Positions 18,646 to 28,539 of a stretch of 64,000 nucleotides of DNA are shown in pieces. The stretch lies in the NCBI GenBank assembly GCA_024405735.1, contig JAKSOF010000004.1:44817-108816 (forward strand), given 5' to 3'. This DNA comes from Victivallaceae bacterium (GTDB taxonomy: Bacteria; Verrucomicrobiota; Lentisphaeria; Victivallales; Victivallaceae). The first letter of the stretch is position 1; each line of letters opens with the position of its first letter. A program made the translations under genes and the position numbers. The notes under the pieces were generated by a model. The model was not told where the DNA came from. It made no database searches and saw only the letters and a list, made by a program, of their open reading frames with translations.

Positions 18646-19746
18646 TCAGAGCGTGACCGCATCCAAAATCGCGCCGAGTTCCTCGTCGGTATAGGGAACG
18701 ATATTGCACTTCATACTGCCGGAGCGGCTGTGTCCGATGATAAAACGGCGTTCCTGATCTTTCAATGCGAAATCGAATTTTTCCGCGATGCCGAGTCTTT
18801 TCCGCAACGCCGCGACTGCCGCAAAAAGTTCTTCGCCCGTCGCAAACCCCGACGCGAAACTTAAATCCCGGTAAACTTGAGGAGCGCGCTTCGCATTGGC
18901 GTCAAGCACCGCCGTGAGCAACACCGCGCAGGCGACGCCGTGCGGCACTTGCCGGACGCATCCCAGAGGGTGCGCCAGTCCGTGAACTGCGCCGAGCCCC
19001 GAACGGGAAAAAGCAATCCCGGTCAAAAGACTTGCCCGCGAAACCGCATCGACGGCGGATTTTTCGTGATGCACCGCCGCTTCCAGATTTTCCAAAAGGA
19101 TTTTCACCGCGACTGCCGCGATCTGGCGCGTGAGCGCATCGGCGCGGCAACTGGTGAAACTTTCGATCGCTTGCGTCAAGGCGTCCATCCCGCTTGCCGC
19201 CATCACGCTTTGCGGCGCACTTTCCACAAGTTCGGGGTCGACCAGCGCGATGTCGGGCGCCATACCGGGCGTGCGAAGCGATTGCTTGACGTTGGTCGCA
19301 TCGTCGTGCAAGACGGCATTGGCGGTCACTTCCGCGCCCGTTCCCGCCGTCGTCGGCAATGCCGCCAAGGCAACTTGGCGCGGCATCGCCTGACGTTTCC
19401 CGTAAAAGAAATCCGCCGTCGGCGCGCTTTCCGCAAAGAGCGCGGCGACCGCCTTGGCGGCGTCGATCGCGCTGCCGCCCCCGATGCCGACGATGGAAGC
19501 GGCATTGATCTCAGTTGCCATCTGCCGCGCAATATCGACTGCCGCAAGCGGCACTTCCGGCAGAAGTCCGGAAAAAATGCGGACGCTTCGCGTACCGAAA
19601 AGCTGTGTTTTTTCTTTTTCGATCCGGCTTACACTGTGTTTGCCCGCGATCACCAATACCGCGCCGTCGGGAAGCAAAGAGGCAAGTTTGAAGCGGACTT
19701 GCCGTCCGAAATCAATATGCGATGGCAGAGAAAAATCAAATTGCAT
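18646..19746 (-). CDS. iron-containing (type III) alcohol dehydrogenase family protein
   Basis: Starts at MQFDFSLPSHIDFG. Carries the GGGSAIDAAKAV dinucleotide motif and His-rich metal site (HGLAHPLG, HGVACAVLL). The longer ORF in the track is a frame artefact overlapping rnc. Confidence 0.85.
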   Translation of the reverse strand: MQFDFSLPSHIDFGRQVRFKLASLLPDGAVLVIAGKHSVSRIEKEKTQLFGTRSVRIFSGLLPEVPLAAVDIARQMATEINAASIVGIGGGSAIDAAKAVAALFAESAPTADFFYGKRQAMPRQVALAALPTTAGTGAEVTANAVLHDDATNVKQSLRTPGMAPDIALVDPELVESAPQSVMAASGMDALTQAIESFTSCRADALTRQIAAVAVKILLENLEAAVHHEKSAVDAVSRASLLTGIAFSRSGLGAVHGLAHPLGCVRQVPHGVACAVLLTAVLDANAKRAPQVYRDLSFASGFATGEELFAAVAALRKRLGIAEKFDFALKDQERRFIIGHSRSGSMKCNIVPYTDEELGAILDAVTL

Positions 19747-20446
19747 CGTCGCTCCCGAACTCCGGAGAATGAAAATAATTTCCGAGATTTTTGGCGGCGT
19801 CGCATTCGGCAAGTTTCCGGCTGTGGCCGCTGCCGCGGGCGACGTAATGATGGAGCGCGACTTCGACTTCGTAATTCGGCTGATGCTCCGGTCCCTCGAC
19901 GCGCAGAACTTTGTAGACGGGGGTCTCCCCCCAGCGCGCCTGGGAAAATTCCTGCAACGCACCCTTGGGATTGATGACGTCGAGCAATGCGCGGGGATCG
20001 GGATAATGTGAGGCAAAGAGCGCCGTAAAAAAGCGTTTGACGTGGTCAAAACCCGCATTGAGATAAAGCGCGCCCAGCACCGCTTCAAAGAGGTCGGCGA
20101 GCGTCGAAGCGCGGCGGTCGCCGCCGGCTTCCGCTTCGCCGCGACCGATGCGCAAAAAACTGCCGAGTTCCAATGCCGTCGCCAGGTGCGCGAGAGTCGA
20201 TTCCCGCGCAAGAGCGGAGCGCATTTTGGTCAGCTCCCCCTCCTGCGCGTCGGGATAGAGCGCAAAGAGATAATCGGTCAGGATGATCTCCAAAACCGCA
20301 TCTCCGAGAAATTCCAGTCGCTGATTGTCGCAGGAAATATGATTTTCCACGGCGAAACTGCGATGCGTCAACGCTTCGATCAGACGGTCGCCTCCGTCCG
20401 ACGGCACGAAGCCGAGTTGTTGCCGCAGTCGATCCAGATCAGCCAT
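19736..20446 (-). CDS. rnc: ribonuclease III
   Basis: LTHRSF, NQRLEFLGDAVLE signature, and a C-terminal dsRBD (PKGALQEF...PNYEVEV). Start at MADLDRL. Confidence 0.92.
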   Translation of the reverse strand: MADLDRLRQQLGFVPSDGGDRLIEALTHRSFAVENHISCDNQRLEFLGDAVLEIILTDYLFALYPDAQEGELTKMRSALARESTLAHLATALELGSFLRIGRGEAEAGGDRRASTLADLFEAVLGALYLNAGFDHVKRFFTALFASHYPDPRALLDVINPKGALQEFSQARWGETPVYKVLRVEGPEHQPNYEVEVALHHYVARGSGHSRKLAECDAAKNLGNYFHSPEFGSDDAI

Positions 20447-20472
20447 CGGAATTTCCCGGGAAAAGGGCGGTT

Positions 20473-21483
20473 TTACTGAATACTCTGGCAGACCGTGATG
20501 ACGATTTCGCCGTAGATGTCGTCGGCGCTGCAACCGCGCGACAAATCGTTCAGCGGCTTCGCCAACCCCTGAAGCACGGGGCCGTAGGCGTCGGCGTGAC
20601 CGAGACGCTGGACGAGTTTGTAGGCGATGTTTCCGGCGTTGAGGTCGGGGAAAATCAGCACGTTGGCGGCTCCGGCGAGCGGACTTGCCGGCGCTTTCTG
20701 CGCGGCGACAGCCGGCACGAGTGCGGCATCCGCCTGCAACTCGCCGTCGCAAACGATGTCGAGTTTCTCATCGGCGATGCGCCGGGCGAATTTATCTGCG
20801 GCTTCCGTCACTTTGACGAGGATGTCGTTGCTGGCGCTGCCTTTGGTCGAGAACGAGAGGAAAGCGACTTTCGGCGTCTTGCCGAAAAGCGCGCGGTAGG
20901 TATTGCTGGTCGCCATCGCGATGTCGACCAGCTGATCGGCATCGGGATTGGGGTTGACACCGCAATCGGCAAAGAGCAACACATTGTCACCTGCGGGCGC
21001 GGGGGTCGCGAGATCCATCACAAAGGTACTGCTCGCGCTCTTGATCCCCGGCGCGGTGCCGATGCAGTGAAACGCGGCGCGGAGCATATCCGCCGTCGAA
21101 GCGATACTGCCGGCGACCAGACCGTCGGCAAGACCGTGACGGCACATCATCGCGCCGAAATAGATGCGGCTGGAAAGCATCGCCGCCGCCTTTTCGGGGG
21201 TACAGCCTTTCGCCTTGCGCATCTCAAACATCTCGTTGGCGTATTCCTGCATCAAGGGGCTTTTGGTGTAGTCAAGGCACTCAAAAGCGCGTTCGGTGAT
21301 ACCGGCTTTGGCACACGCGGCGGAAATTTCCTTCTCGGTACCGAGAACGATGATTTTTTTCACCACTTTTTCGGCGACCGCCTTGTTGGCGGCGGCGACG
21401 ACGCGGGCGTCCTGTCCTTCGGGAAGCACGATGGTGCGCGCCACCGTGCGGGCGCGTTCGGCAAAGAGTTCGATCGCAGACAT
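20473..21483 (-). CDS. pta: phosphate acetyltransferase
   Basis: 336-aa PTA_PTB protein with TIVLPEGQDARV, GSIASTADMLRAA and NVLIFPDLNAGNIAYK motifs. Confidence 0.92.
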   Translation of the reverse strand: MSAIELFAERARTVARTIVLPEGQDARVVAAANKAVAEKVVKKIIVLGTEKEISAACAKAGITERAFECLDYTKSPLMQEYANEMFEMRKAKGCTPEKAAAMLSSRIYFGAMMCRHGLADGLVAGSIASTADMLRAAFHCIGTAPGIKSASSTFVMDLATPAPAGDNVLLFADCGVNPNPDADQLVDIAMATSNTYRALFGKTPKVAFLSFSTKGSASNDILVKVTEAADKFARRIADEKLDIVCDGELQADAALVPAVAAQKAPASPLAGAANVLIFPDLNAGNIAYKLVQRLGHADAYGPVLQGLAKPLNDLSRGCSADDIYGEIVITVCQSIQ

Positions 21484-21508
21484 TTTTTTCTCCTTTGTAA
21501 AAACGGTT

Positions 21509-22708
21509 TTATTTCGTCGTAAGCTGTTTCGTCGTGCGGGCGATCATCAATTCCTCGTCGGTCGGCATCACGATCGCCTTGTACTTGCTGTCACCGCCGG
21601 AAATGACGCAGACTTTGCCGCGGCAACCGGCGTTGACGCTCTCGTTGCAAGTGATGCCTAAATTGGCAAGACCGTTGAGGATGCGGCCGCGGGCGTAGGG
21701 CGAAAATTCGCCGATGCCGCCCGTGAAAACGATCGCATCGAGGTTTTTCACCAGCACGAAGTAGGAGCCGATGTATTTGATGATCCGGCGCACAAACATA
21801 TCCAGAGCAAGTTGCGCGCGCTTATTTCCCTTGTCCGCCGCGGCTTCAAGGTCGCGCATATCGCCCGACTCGATGCCGCCCATCCCGTAAAGACCGGATT
21901 TCTTGTTGAGAATGGTATCGACTTCACGGGGCGTCTTGCCCAGTTCGATCATCCGGATGACGGCGGCGGGGTCCATGTCGCCGGAGCGGCCGCCCATCAT
22001 CAGACCTTCAAGCGGCGTCAGCCCCATCGTCGTATCGACGACTTTGCCGTTCTGGATCGCCGCCATACTGCAACCGTTGCCGAGGTGGCAGGTGATCAGA
22101 TTGACTTCTTCCTCCTTTTTGCCGAGGAAAGCCGCGGTCGCCTGCGTCACATAGTGATGGCTGGTGCCGTGGAAACCGTACTTGCGGATGCCGTGCTTTT
22201 CGTAGTATTCATAGGGGATCGCGTACAAATAGGCTTCCGGCGCCATCGTCTGGTGGAACTCGGTGTCGAAAACGGCGACGTTGGGCACGCCCGGCATCGA
22301 CGCTTCGCACGCTTCGATCCCGGCGAGATTCGCGGGATTGTGCAGCGGTCCGAGGGGGAAGCACTCCTTGATGATCGCCTTGACGTTGCCGTCGACGATC
22401 ATCGGCGCCGTGATCTTTTCGCCGCCGTGAAGCACGCGGTGACCGATCGCGCTGATCTCGCCGAGACTTTTGATCACGCCGACGGCGGGATCGACCAGTT
22501 TCGCGCAGATTTCGCGGACGGCTTCGACCTGATCCTTGACGGGGATGACTTCTTCGCTTTTGAAACCGTCGGGACGCTTGTAGACGAGGTTGGGAGCGTC
22601 GGTGCCGAGGCGTTCAAAGACGCCCTTGGCGAGGACTTCCTCTTTTTCCATCGCGAAAAGCGTGAATTTCATCGAACTGCTTCCGGCGTTGATAACGAGA
22701 ATTTTCAT
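21509..22708 (-). CDS. ackA: acetate kinase
   Basis: MKILVINAGSSSMKF, HRVLHGG, FHGTSHHYV and TCHLGNGCS motifs. Confidence 0.95.
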   Translation of the reverse strand: MKILVINAGSSSMKFTLFAMEKEEVLAKGVFERLGTDAPNLVYKRPDGFKSEEVIPVKDQVEAVREICAKLVDPAVGVIKSLGEISAIGHRVLHGGEKITAPMIVDGNVKAIIKECFPLGPLHNPANLAGIEACEASMPGVPNVAVFDTEFHQTMAPEAYLYAIPYEYYEKHGIRKYGFHGTSHHYVTQATAAFLGKKEEEVNLITCHLGNGCSMAAIQNGKVVDTTMGLTPLEGLMMGGRSGDMDPAAVIRMIELGKTPREVDTILNKKSGLYGMGGIESGDMRDLEAAADKGNKRAQLALDMFVRRIIKYIGSYFVLVKNLDAIVFTGGIGEFSPYARGRILNGLANLGITCNESVNAGCRGKVCVISGGDSKYKAIVMPTDEELMIARTTKQLTTK

Positions 22709-22735
22709 TTTCTTTTTTCCTGTCGTTGGGATGAA

Positions 22736-22954
22736 TTATTTTTTACGGAAAACGATCCGCCCCTTGGTCAGATCGTAGGGGGACATTTCCAGCGTCACCT
22801 GATCGCCGGGCAGAATGCGGATGAAATTCATCCGCATCTTGCCGGAAATATGGGCGCTTACCACGTGCCCCGTCTGAATTTCCACCTTGAACATCGTGTT
22901 GGGCAGCAGTTCCTTGACTACGCCCTCCACCCGGATCACATCGTCTTTTGCCAC
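22736..22954 (-). CDS. infA: translation initiation factor IF-1
   Basis: 72 aa, [53 protein letters not shown] start. Overlaps the map 3' end by 19 nt. Confidence 0.95.
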   Translation of the reverse strand: MAKDDVIRVEGVVKELLPNTMFKVEIQTGHVVSAHISGKMRMNFIRILPGDQVTLEMSPYDLTKGRIVFRKK

Positions 22955-23706
22955 GTTAAAATCTCCGCTTCTTTTTCGGTTATAAGGATCATATGCTCAA
23001 AATGCGCGCTCAAAGAACCGTCGCGCGTACGAACCGTCCATCCGTCGCGGCGGTCGACCTTGACCGCCGAACCGCCGAGATTGAACATCGGCTCAATGCA
23101 GATCACCATTCCCGGCTGCAACACCGGACCGCCGCCCCACCCCGTGAAGTTGGGGACTTCCGGCGGTTCGTGCAGTTGGATCCCGCATCCGTGCCCGACG
23201 TAATCGCGCACGATGCCGAGCCCGTAATGGCGGCCGACCGATTCCACCGCCGCGGAAACTTTCCGCAACGGATTTCCGGCGCGCGCCGCGTCGATCCCGG
23301 CAAACAGCGCTTTTTTGGTGCCGTCGAGCAAATGCTTCGCGGAAGCGGAGATTTCGCCGACCGGCACCGTGACGGCGCAATCGCCGAGCGCACCGCCGAT
23401 GGCGACACCAACGTCGATGCTGACAATGTCGCCGTTTTCAATAATGGTTTTAGGCGAACCGATCCCGTGGATCACGGTGTCGTTGACCGAAATGCAGACG
23501 TTGCCGGGGAAATCGCCGTAACCGAGGAAGGCGCTGCGCCCCCCCGTCGCGCGAATGATCTCACCGGAAATCTGATCGAGATCAAACGTCGTCATCCCCG
23601 GGCGCACGGCAGCGGCGATCGCATCGCGCACCTCGCCCGTCACCGCACCGGCGCGGCGGATCTTTTCGATTTCCGCCGGAGTATGGATGATCACGCGTTC
23701 AGGCAT
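22936..23706 (-). CDS. map: type I methionine aminopeptidase
   Basis: Pita-bread fold motifs: [46 protein letters not shown]. Confidence 0.93.
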   Translation of the reverse strand: MPERVIIHTPAEIEKIRRAGAVTGEVRDAIAAAVRPGMTTFDLDQISGEIIRATGGRSAFLGYGDFPGNVCISVNDTVIHGIGSPKTIIENGDIVSIDVGVAIGGALGDCAVTVPVGEISASAKHLLDGTKKALFAGIDAARAGNPLRKVSAAVESVGRHYGLGIVRDYVGHGCGIQLHEPPEVPNFTGWGGGPVLQPGMVICIEPMFNLGGSAVKVDRRDGWTVRTRDGSLSAHFEHMILITEKEAEILTWQKTM

Positions 23707-23719
23707 AAATCGGCATCAC

Positions 23720-24373
23720 CTACTTCAAATCGGAGATCATCTGTTCGACGATCAAGTTGGGATCGCCCTTTTCAAAGGTCATCAGCAGTCCCGCCTTGCG
23801 GTAGAATTCGATCAGCGGCTCGGTCTGCTTGTAGAAAACGCTCAACCGCTGTTTGGCGGTCTCCAGCGAATCGTCGCTGCGCTGATAGAGCGCGGAACCG
23901 CACTTGTCGCAAACGCCCTCGACTTTGGGCGGCATAAAAAGTTTGTTGTAGATCGCGTCGCAGCCGCGGCAGTTCAAACGGGCGGTAAGCCGCTGAATCA
24001 AAGTTTCGTCATCGACGTGCAAATAAATCACGGCGTCGATCTGCGAATCGATTTCCTTGAGCGCGGCGTCGAGCAACTCCGCCTGCTGGATCGTGCGCGG
24101 GAAACCGTCGAGGATGAAACCTTCTCTGCAATCGTCTTTGGCAAGGCGCGAACGCACCATTTGGGCGACGATCTCGTCAGGCACAAGTCCGCCCGAAGCC
24201 ATGATTTTGCCGGCGGCAAGACCGAGTTCGCTTTTGGCGGCGACTTCCGCCCGGAGCAGATCGCCCGTCGAAATGTGCGCGAGTTTCACTTTGGCGAGGA
24301 GCAAATTGGAAATCGTCCCTTTTCCGGCTCCCGGAGCCCCGAGAAAAATCAGATTTTTTTTGGTAAGCGACAT
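23720..24373 (-). CDS. adk: adenylate kinase (Zn-lid type)
   Basis: GAPGAGKGT P-loop, ILDGFPRT, and lid with CRGC...CDKCG. Confidence 0.95.
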   Translation of the reverse strand: MSLTKKNLIFLGAPGAGKGTISNLLLAKVKLAHISTGDLLRAEVAAKSELGLAAGKIMASGGLVPDEIVAQMVRSRLAKDDCREGFILDGFPRTIQQAELLDAALKEIDSQIDAVIYLHVDDETLIQRLTARLNCRGCDAIYNKLFMPPKVEGVCDKCGSALYQRSDDSLETAKQRLSVFYKQTEPLIEFYRKAGLLMTFEKGDPNLIVEQMISDLK

Positions 24374-24390
24374 CGTAAAAATCCTTTTTT

Positions 24391-25653
24391 TTACTTCAAA
24401 CTTGCCTGTTTGATGAAATTTGCCAGTTCAAGGTCGGGGACTTCCGCCTGGGAGCCGTCCGCCATATTTTTCACGATCGCGATGTGTTTTGCCATCTCGG
24501 ATTCCCCGCGGACGATTGCGAGCGGCGCGCCGGAGCGGTTGGCGGAGCGAAGTTGCGCCTTGAAAGAACGCTCCTCCAATTCCAACTCGACTTTGACGCC
24601 CGCATTGCGGAGATTTTCGGCGAGTTCGAGATTGGCGAGCCGCGCTTCGGCGCCGAGTCCGATCAGAAACGCCTTTGCCCCGAAATCGCCGGAAGCCTTG
24701 ATCCCCGCCGCTTCGCGGCAGAGCAACAACCGCTCGACTCCGGCGGCGAAGCCGACGCCCGGCACCGGACGCTTTTCGCCGGGGAGATAAAGTTCGTACC
24801 TGCCGCCGCCTGAAATCGCCGTCTGCGCGCCGAGCGCGGGGTGCGTCACTTCAAAAACGGTGTGGACGTAATAGTCGAGACCGCGCACCAGATTGCGGTT
24901 GACCTGATAAGGCACTTTCAAACGGTCGAGCGCGCGGCGCACTTCATCGAAGTAGAGCCGCGACGCTTCGCCGAAACTTGCCAGATAATCGGGCGCATCG
25001 GCGACGATGGCGCGGCATTTTTCCTGCTTGCAGTCCAAGATGCGCCAGACATTGCGCTCCAGACGGGAGCGGCAGTCGTCGCACATATCGTTGATATGCG
25101 ATGCAAAATAATTGCGGAGTTTTTCCACGGCGGGAGCGCGGTCGGCGATCGCGCCGCGGGTGTTGATGTCGATGGTGAATCCCTCCAATCCCACGCCTCG
25201 CAGGAAACTTGCGAGCATCGCGATGCACTCCGCATCCAACAGCGGCGCACAGCGGCCGACGTTTTCCACGCCGATCTGGTGGAACTGGCGGCGGCGTCCG
25301 GCGGCGGGGCGTTCCCCCCGGAACATCGGTCCGAGATAAAACACCCTCTGCTCGACGCCATTCATCACGTCGGTGTTGGACAGGGCGCGCATCACCCCGG
25401 CGGTCCCCTCGGGTCGGAGCGTCAGACTGCGTCCGCCGCGGTCGGTAAAGGTGTACATTTCCTTTTGCACGACCTCGGTTTCATCGCCGAGCCCCTTTTG
25501 AAAGACCTCGGTGTACTCAAAGACGGGGGTGCGCAATTCCCCGTATCCGTAACGGGTGAACGTATCGCGGGCGACCGACTCCAAAAAGCGCCAATCGCGC
25601 GCTTCCTCTTCAAAAATGTCAGCGGTTCCCGGCGGCGGAGCAAAGGTTGCCAT
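24391..25653 (-). CDS. hisS: histidine--tRNA ligase
   Basis: Class II motifs (LRPEGTAGVMRA, YLGPMFRGERPAAGRRRQFHQIG, GGGRY) and a C-terminal anticodon-binding domain. Confidence 0.95.
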   Translation of the reverse strand: MATFAPPPGTADIFEEEARDWRFLESVARDTFTRYGYGELRTPVFEYTEVFQKGLGDETEVVQKEMYTFTDRGGRSLTLRPEGTAGVMRALSNTDVMNGVEQRVFYLGPMFRGERPAAGRRRQFHQIGVENVGRCAPLLDAECIAMLASFLRGVGLEGFTIDINTRGAIADRAPAVEKLRNYFASHINDMCDDCRSRLERNVWRILDCKQEKCRAIVADAPDYLASFGEASRLYFDEVRRALDRLKVPYQVNRNLVRGLDYYVHTVFEVTHPALGAQTAISGGGRYELYLPGEKRPVPGVGFAAGVERLLLCREAAGIKASGDFGAKAFLIGLGAEARLANLELAENLRNAGVKVELELEERSFKAQLRSANRSGAPLAIVRGESEMAKHIAIVKNMADGSQAEVPDLELANFIKQASLK

Positions 25654-25667
25654 CGTATCGTCCTATC

Positions 25668-25716
25668 TTAAATAAGCAAGCACGCCCGATGGGAAGCTCG
25701 GCTTCGTCAGGCGTGC
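25668..25716 (-). terminator. two-tier hairpin after the HU gene (terminator or attenuator; only ~15 nt before hisS)
   Basis: On the minus strand: GCACGCC...GAAGC-CGA-GCTTC...GGCGTGC, followed by TTGCTTATTTAA. Outer stem pairs 25680-25686 with 25710-25716. Confidence 0.3.
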
Positions 25717-25748
25717 GTATTTCATCGTTTGAACTCCCGGGGAGCGAT

Positions 25749-26048
25749 TTATTTGAAATCGGCGGGATTCAGTTTTTCGACGGCGTCTTTCAGCTCTTTG
25801 CCGGCGCGGAATTTGACCACGGCGCGTTCCGGAATGACCACCTCGTTCTGGGGAGCGTTGGGATTGCGGCCCTTGCGGCTCTTGCGGATCTTGATCTCAA
25901 AGATGCCGAAATTGCGCAATTCGATGCTCTTGCCCGCCATCAGCTCGGCGGACAGCGCGTCCAACGTATGCTGAACGACCTCCGCCACATCGTTTTGAAT
26001 GATGCCCGTTTCGTTGGCGATGCGTACCACCAGATCCCGTTTCGTCAT
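25749..26048 (-). CDS. HU/IHF-family DNA-binding protein
   Basis: 99 aa. MTKRDLVVRIANETG...FGIFEIKIRKSRKGRNPNAPQNEVVIPERAVVKFRAGKELK is the canonical HU/IHF arm. Confidence 0.9.
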   Translation of the reverse strand: MTKRDLVVRIANETGIIQNDVAEVVQHTLDALSAELMAGKSIELRNFGIFEIKIRKSRKGRNPNAPQNEVVIPERAVVKFRAGKELKDAVEKLNPADFK

Positions 26049-26112
26049 AATGAACCTCTCTTTTTTTACCTATGTTTAATGCTTTTTTCTGCTTGTCGCA
26101 AAAGTGTTACAT

Positions 26113-26141
26113 AATATGCCACCAAAAAGCGGTTAAGTCAA
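26113..26141 (-). promoter_or_regulatory. candidate promoter TTGACT-N17-CATATT for the HU gene
   Basis: Minus-strand hexamers at 26136-26141 and 26113-26118. Confidence 0.35.
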
Positions 26142-26211
26142 TAGCAAAGCCGAAGAAATACCGAGTTTTAAACGAGAAACTTCAACTTCCATTTGCCGCG
26201 TCGTTTCCGAT

Positions 26212-26261
26212 GAAAACAAAAAGCGGCGGCACACGATCTTCTCAGCCGGGGCGCGCCGCCG
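26212..26261 (-). terminator. rho-independent terminator after the GH36-like gene
   Basis: Minus strand: CGGCGGCGCGC, 16-nt loop, GUGUGCCGCCG (11 bp including 2 G-U), followed by CTTTTTGTTTT. Confidence 0.55.
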
Positions 26262-26268
26262 TTTGCGT

Positions 26269-28503
26269 TTACTTCCAGATCAATTCCAGTTTGCCTGCTT
26301 TGGGAACCTCGAATTTCACCAGATAATTGTCGCCGTTGTCGCGGCAAACCGACTTGACTTTTTCCCCGTCGATGCGGACTTCGGCGACGCGGGATGAGGT
26401 CACCAGTTCCGCCTTTCCGGCGTAGTCGAAAGCAAGTTCCTTGCCGTTGACCACAATGCGCATATTGGCATCGAGGATCTCTTTGTCCCCCGCGAGCGAA
26501 ACGGCAAAAAGACGGCTGCCGTGAGGAAGCAATTCAATCGACGATTTTCCCTGCCAGAAAAAGCTCTTGCCGCTCCAGACGTCGGTGAGCTGATAGAGTT
26601 TCCGGTTGGAAAGTCCGATGTCCGCCGGCGCGAAATCAACGGTGATCTTTTCGTCGTCGGTGTTGAAAAAGCCGATGGTGCGCAAGGGCAGATGCGCGGC
26701 GTTTTCCGCCGTCGAAAAGTGCGGCGTTTTGAAGTAAAGGATACGCGGTATCTGATGCTGATGATCGCGGTAGTCGTAATTCGCGAGATAGACGTCCTGA
26801 CCGTTGTTGGGATTGCAGACCGCCTTGGCGAGCATCTTGAAACGCTTGTGCTTGGTGTTTTTGCTCAAAAGTCCGGCGATCTCGACCATCGAATGGGTGA
26901 CAAGACAGTAGTTGACGCAGAATTGCGCGTCGACGTCGTTCAGCCCCGGGAAAAGCCCGATCGAATCGCTGTTGGGGACAAAAAGGTCGCCGGTATGGGT
27001 GGCGAAACAGGCGATGCCCCAGAGGAAATTGATCTTGACGTTGGTCCAGTTGCCGCCGCCGATGTCGATGCCGTAGCGGTAATTGGAAAACTTCGTGCCG
27101 AGGAAAACGTTGCCCATGCAGATGTCGCATCCGGTCTGGAAATAGCCGTCCGGCGCGAGGCGTTTGCGGAATTCGGTCGTCCACCATTCGCGCCACTCGT
27201 ACCCGGTCTTTTCGCGGTTTTTGAGCAACGGATTGCTGTCCTCGTAGGCGTAACTCCAGAAATCGTGCTTGACGGCGTCGAAACCGCCCTTGGTGACCAT
27301 TTCGTCGAGGGCGCGCGTCGCGTAGTCGCGCACTTCGGGCAAACTGATGTCAAGCGGCTCCATTTGGGTCACGCGGTAACTGTAATCGATGAACCACTCG
27401 GGGTGATCCTTGAAAAGTTTGCAGTCAGTCGGCACGAAACCGCCGATCCAGAGCGCGGGACGCAAGCCCGTTTCGCGGATCTTGTCGGTGAGGCCGCGGA
27501 AACCGCCGGGGAATTTCTTGTAGTCAAAGCCTTTTTTGCCCTCGTAGGGCATTCCGAGACCGTGGGCGGATTCCGTGTAGACGGCGTAGCCGTCGTCGAG
27601 CTGGATCCAGCGGCAGGTCGGGAAGTTGGCGGCGAGATATTTCGCCTCGTCGACGATCATCTTTTCCGAAACGTCGCGGAAAATGCCGTCGTTCCAGGTG
27701 CCCCAGACGACGTTGTCGCGGTTGACCGCCGTCGCGCCGTACATCGGGGGCAGTTCCTGGCGGAGACAATTGGTGTAGTTGTCGAAAAGGTGATCGAAAT
27801 CCGCCGCGTCGCAGGTAGCGCCGAAATACCACGCGTCGGTCAGCGTTTCGCCGGGGGAAACGATGCGCGCCGAAATCGCCTTGCATCCGGAAAAGATCTC
27901 CCAGACGATTTTGCCCGCCTTGTCGTGGCGGAGCAGATAGTTGTGATAAAAGATTTTCTGCGAAAGCGTGCCGTGGACGATGCCGCGATCCGATTTCATA
28001 TTGCTGACGAGGATCGCCGGAAAGGGCTGATAGGGACTGCGCCCGATGCGCTCGTGGACGACGCCGGGGTCCGCCCAGCGGTTGCCCGCTTGAAAATCGA
28101 AGCCGGTGTCGCGCAGGGAACCCGCATTTTTGACGCGGTCATAGTCGATCGGCATCGCGAGGACTTCGTAGACGCGCGGATTTTCGACGTGGTAGAAATA
28201 ATCGTCCTTTTGAACGCCCTTGAAATCAATCCCGGTGACGGCGACTTTGAGTTCGGAAACTTCGATTTTTTTCGCGCCGTTGATGAAACTGCGGCGGCAG
28301 AGGAAACCTTCCTTGCCCGACCGCTCGAAAAAGAGCACCTCCCGTACGCCCGAAGCATATTCGAGATCCAGTTTCAGACCGTCGGCGAGCGCGGTCGCCT
28401 TGCTCTTTTGCGGCAGGATGAGTTTGCCTTTGGAATCGCAGTAACCGAATTCAAACTGCAGTTTGCCGAAGCCCCAATCTTGCGTAAAATCCGCGACTTT
28501 CAT
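26269..28503 (-). CDS. clan GH-D (GH36/melibiase-like) glycoside hydrolase
   Basis: 744 aa. TIM-barrel region with CRWIQLDDGY, LRPALWIGGFVP and FDAVKHDFWSY, resembling alpha-galactosidase-type catalytic motifs. Confidence 0.6.
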   Translation of the reverse strand: MKVADFTQDWGFGKLQFEFGYCDSKGKLILPQKSKATALADGLKLDLEYASGVREVLFFERSGKEGFLCRRSFINGAKKIEVSELKVAVTGIDFKGVQKDDYFYHVENPRVYEVLAMPIDYDRVKNAGSLRDTGFDFQAGNRWADPGVVHERIGRSPYQPFPAILVSNMKSDRGIVHGTLSQKIFYHNYLLRHDKAGKIVWEIFSGCKAISARIVSPGETLTDAWYFGATCDAADFDHLFDNYTNCLRQELPPMYGATAVNRDNVVWGTWNDGIFRDVSEKMIVDEAKYLAANFPTCRWIQLDDGYAVYTESAHGLGMPYEGKKGFDYKKFPGGFRGLTDKIRETGLRPALWIGGFVPTDCKLFKDHPEWFIDYSYRVTQMEPLDISLPEVRDYATRALDEMVTKGGFDAVKHDFWSYAYEDSNPLLKNREKTGYEWREWWTTEFRKRLAPDGYFQTGCDICMGNVFLGTKFSNYRYGIDIGGGNWTNVKINFLWGIACFATHTGDLFVPNSDSIGLFPGLNDVDAQFCVNYCLVTHSMVEIAGLLSKNTKHKRFKMLAKAVCNPNNGQDVYLANYDYRDHQHQIPRILYFKTPHFSTAENAAHLPLRTIGFFNTDDEKITVDFAPADIGLSNRKLYQLTDVWSGKSFFWQGKSSIELLPHGSRLFAVSLAGDKEILDANMRIVVNGKELAFDYAGKAELVTSSRVAEVRIDGEKVKSVCRDNGDNYLVKFEVPKAGKLELIWK

Positions 28504-28539
28504 AAAAAACCTTTCCGGTGGATGCCGATTTAAAAAAAT

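Noticed and set aside
18646-20211. 521-aa ORF that looks like a large fusion protein
   Set aside because: Only the C-terminal 366 aa (from MQFDF at 19746) is alcohol dehydrogenase. The N-terminal part is an out-of-frame read across rnc and has junk composition.
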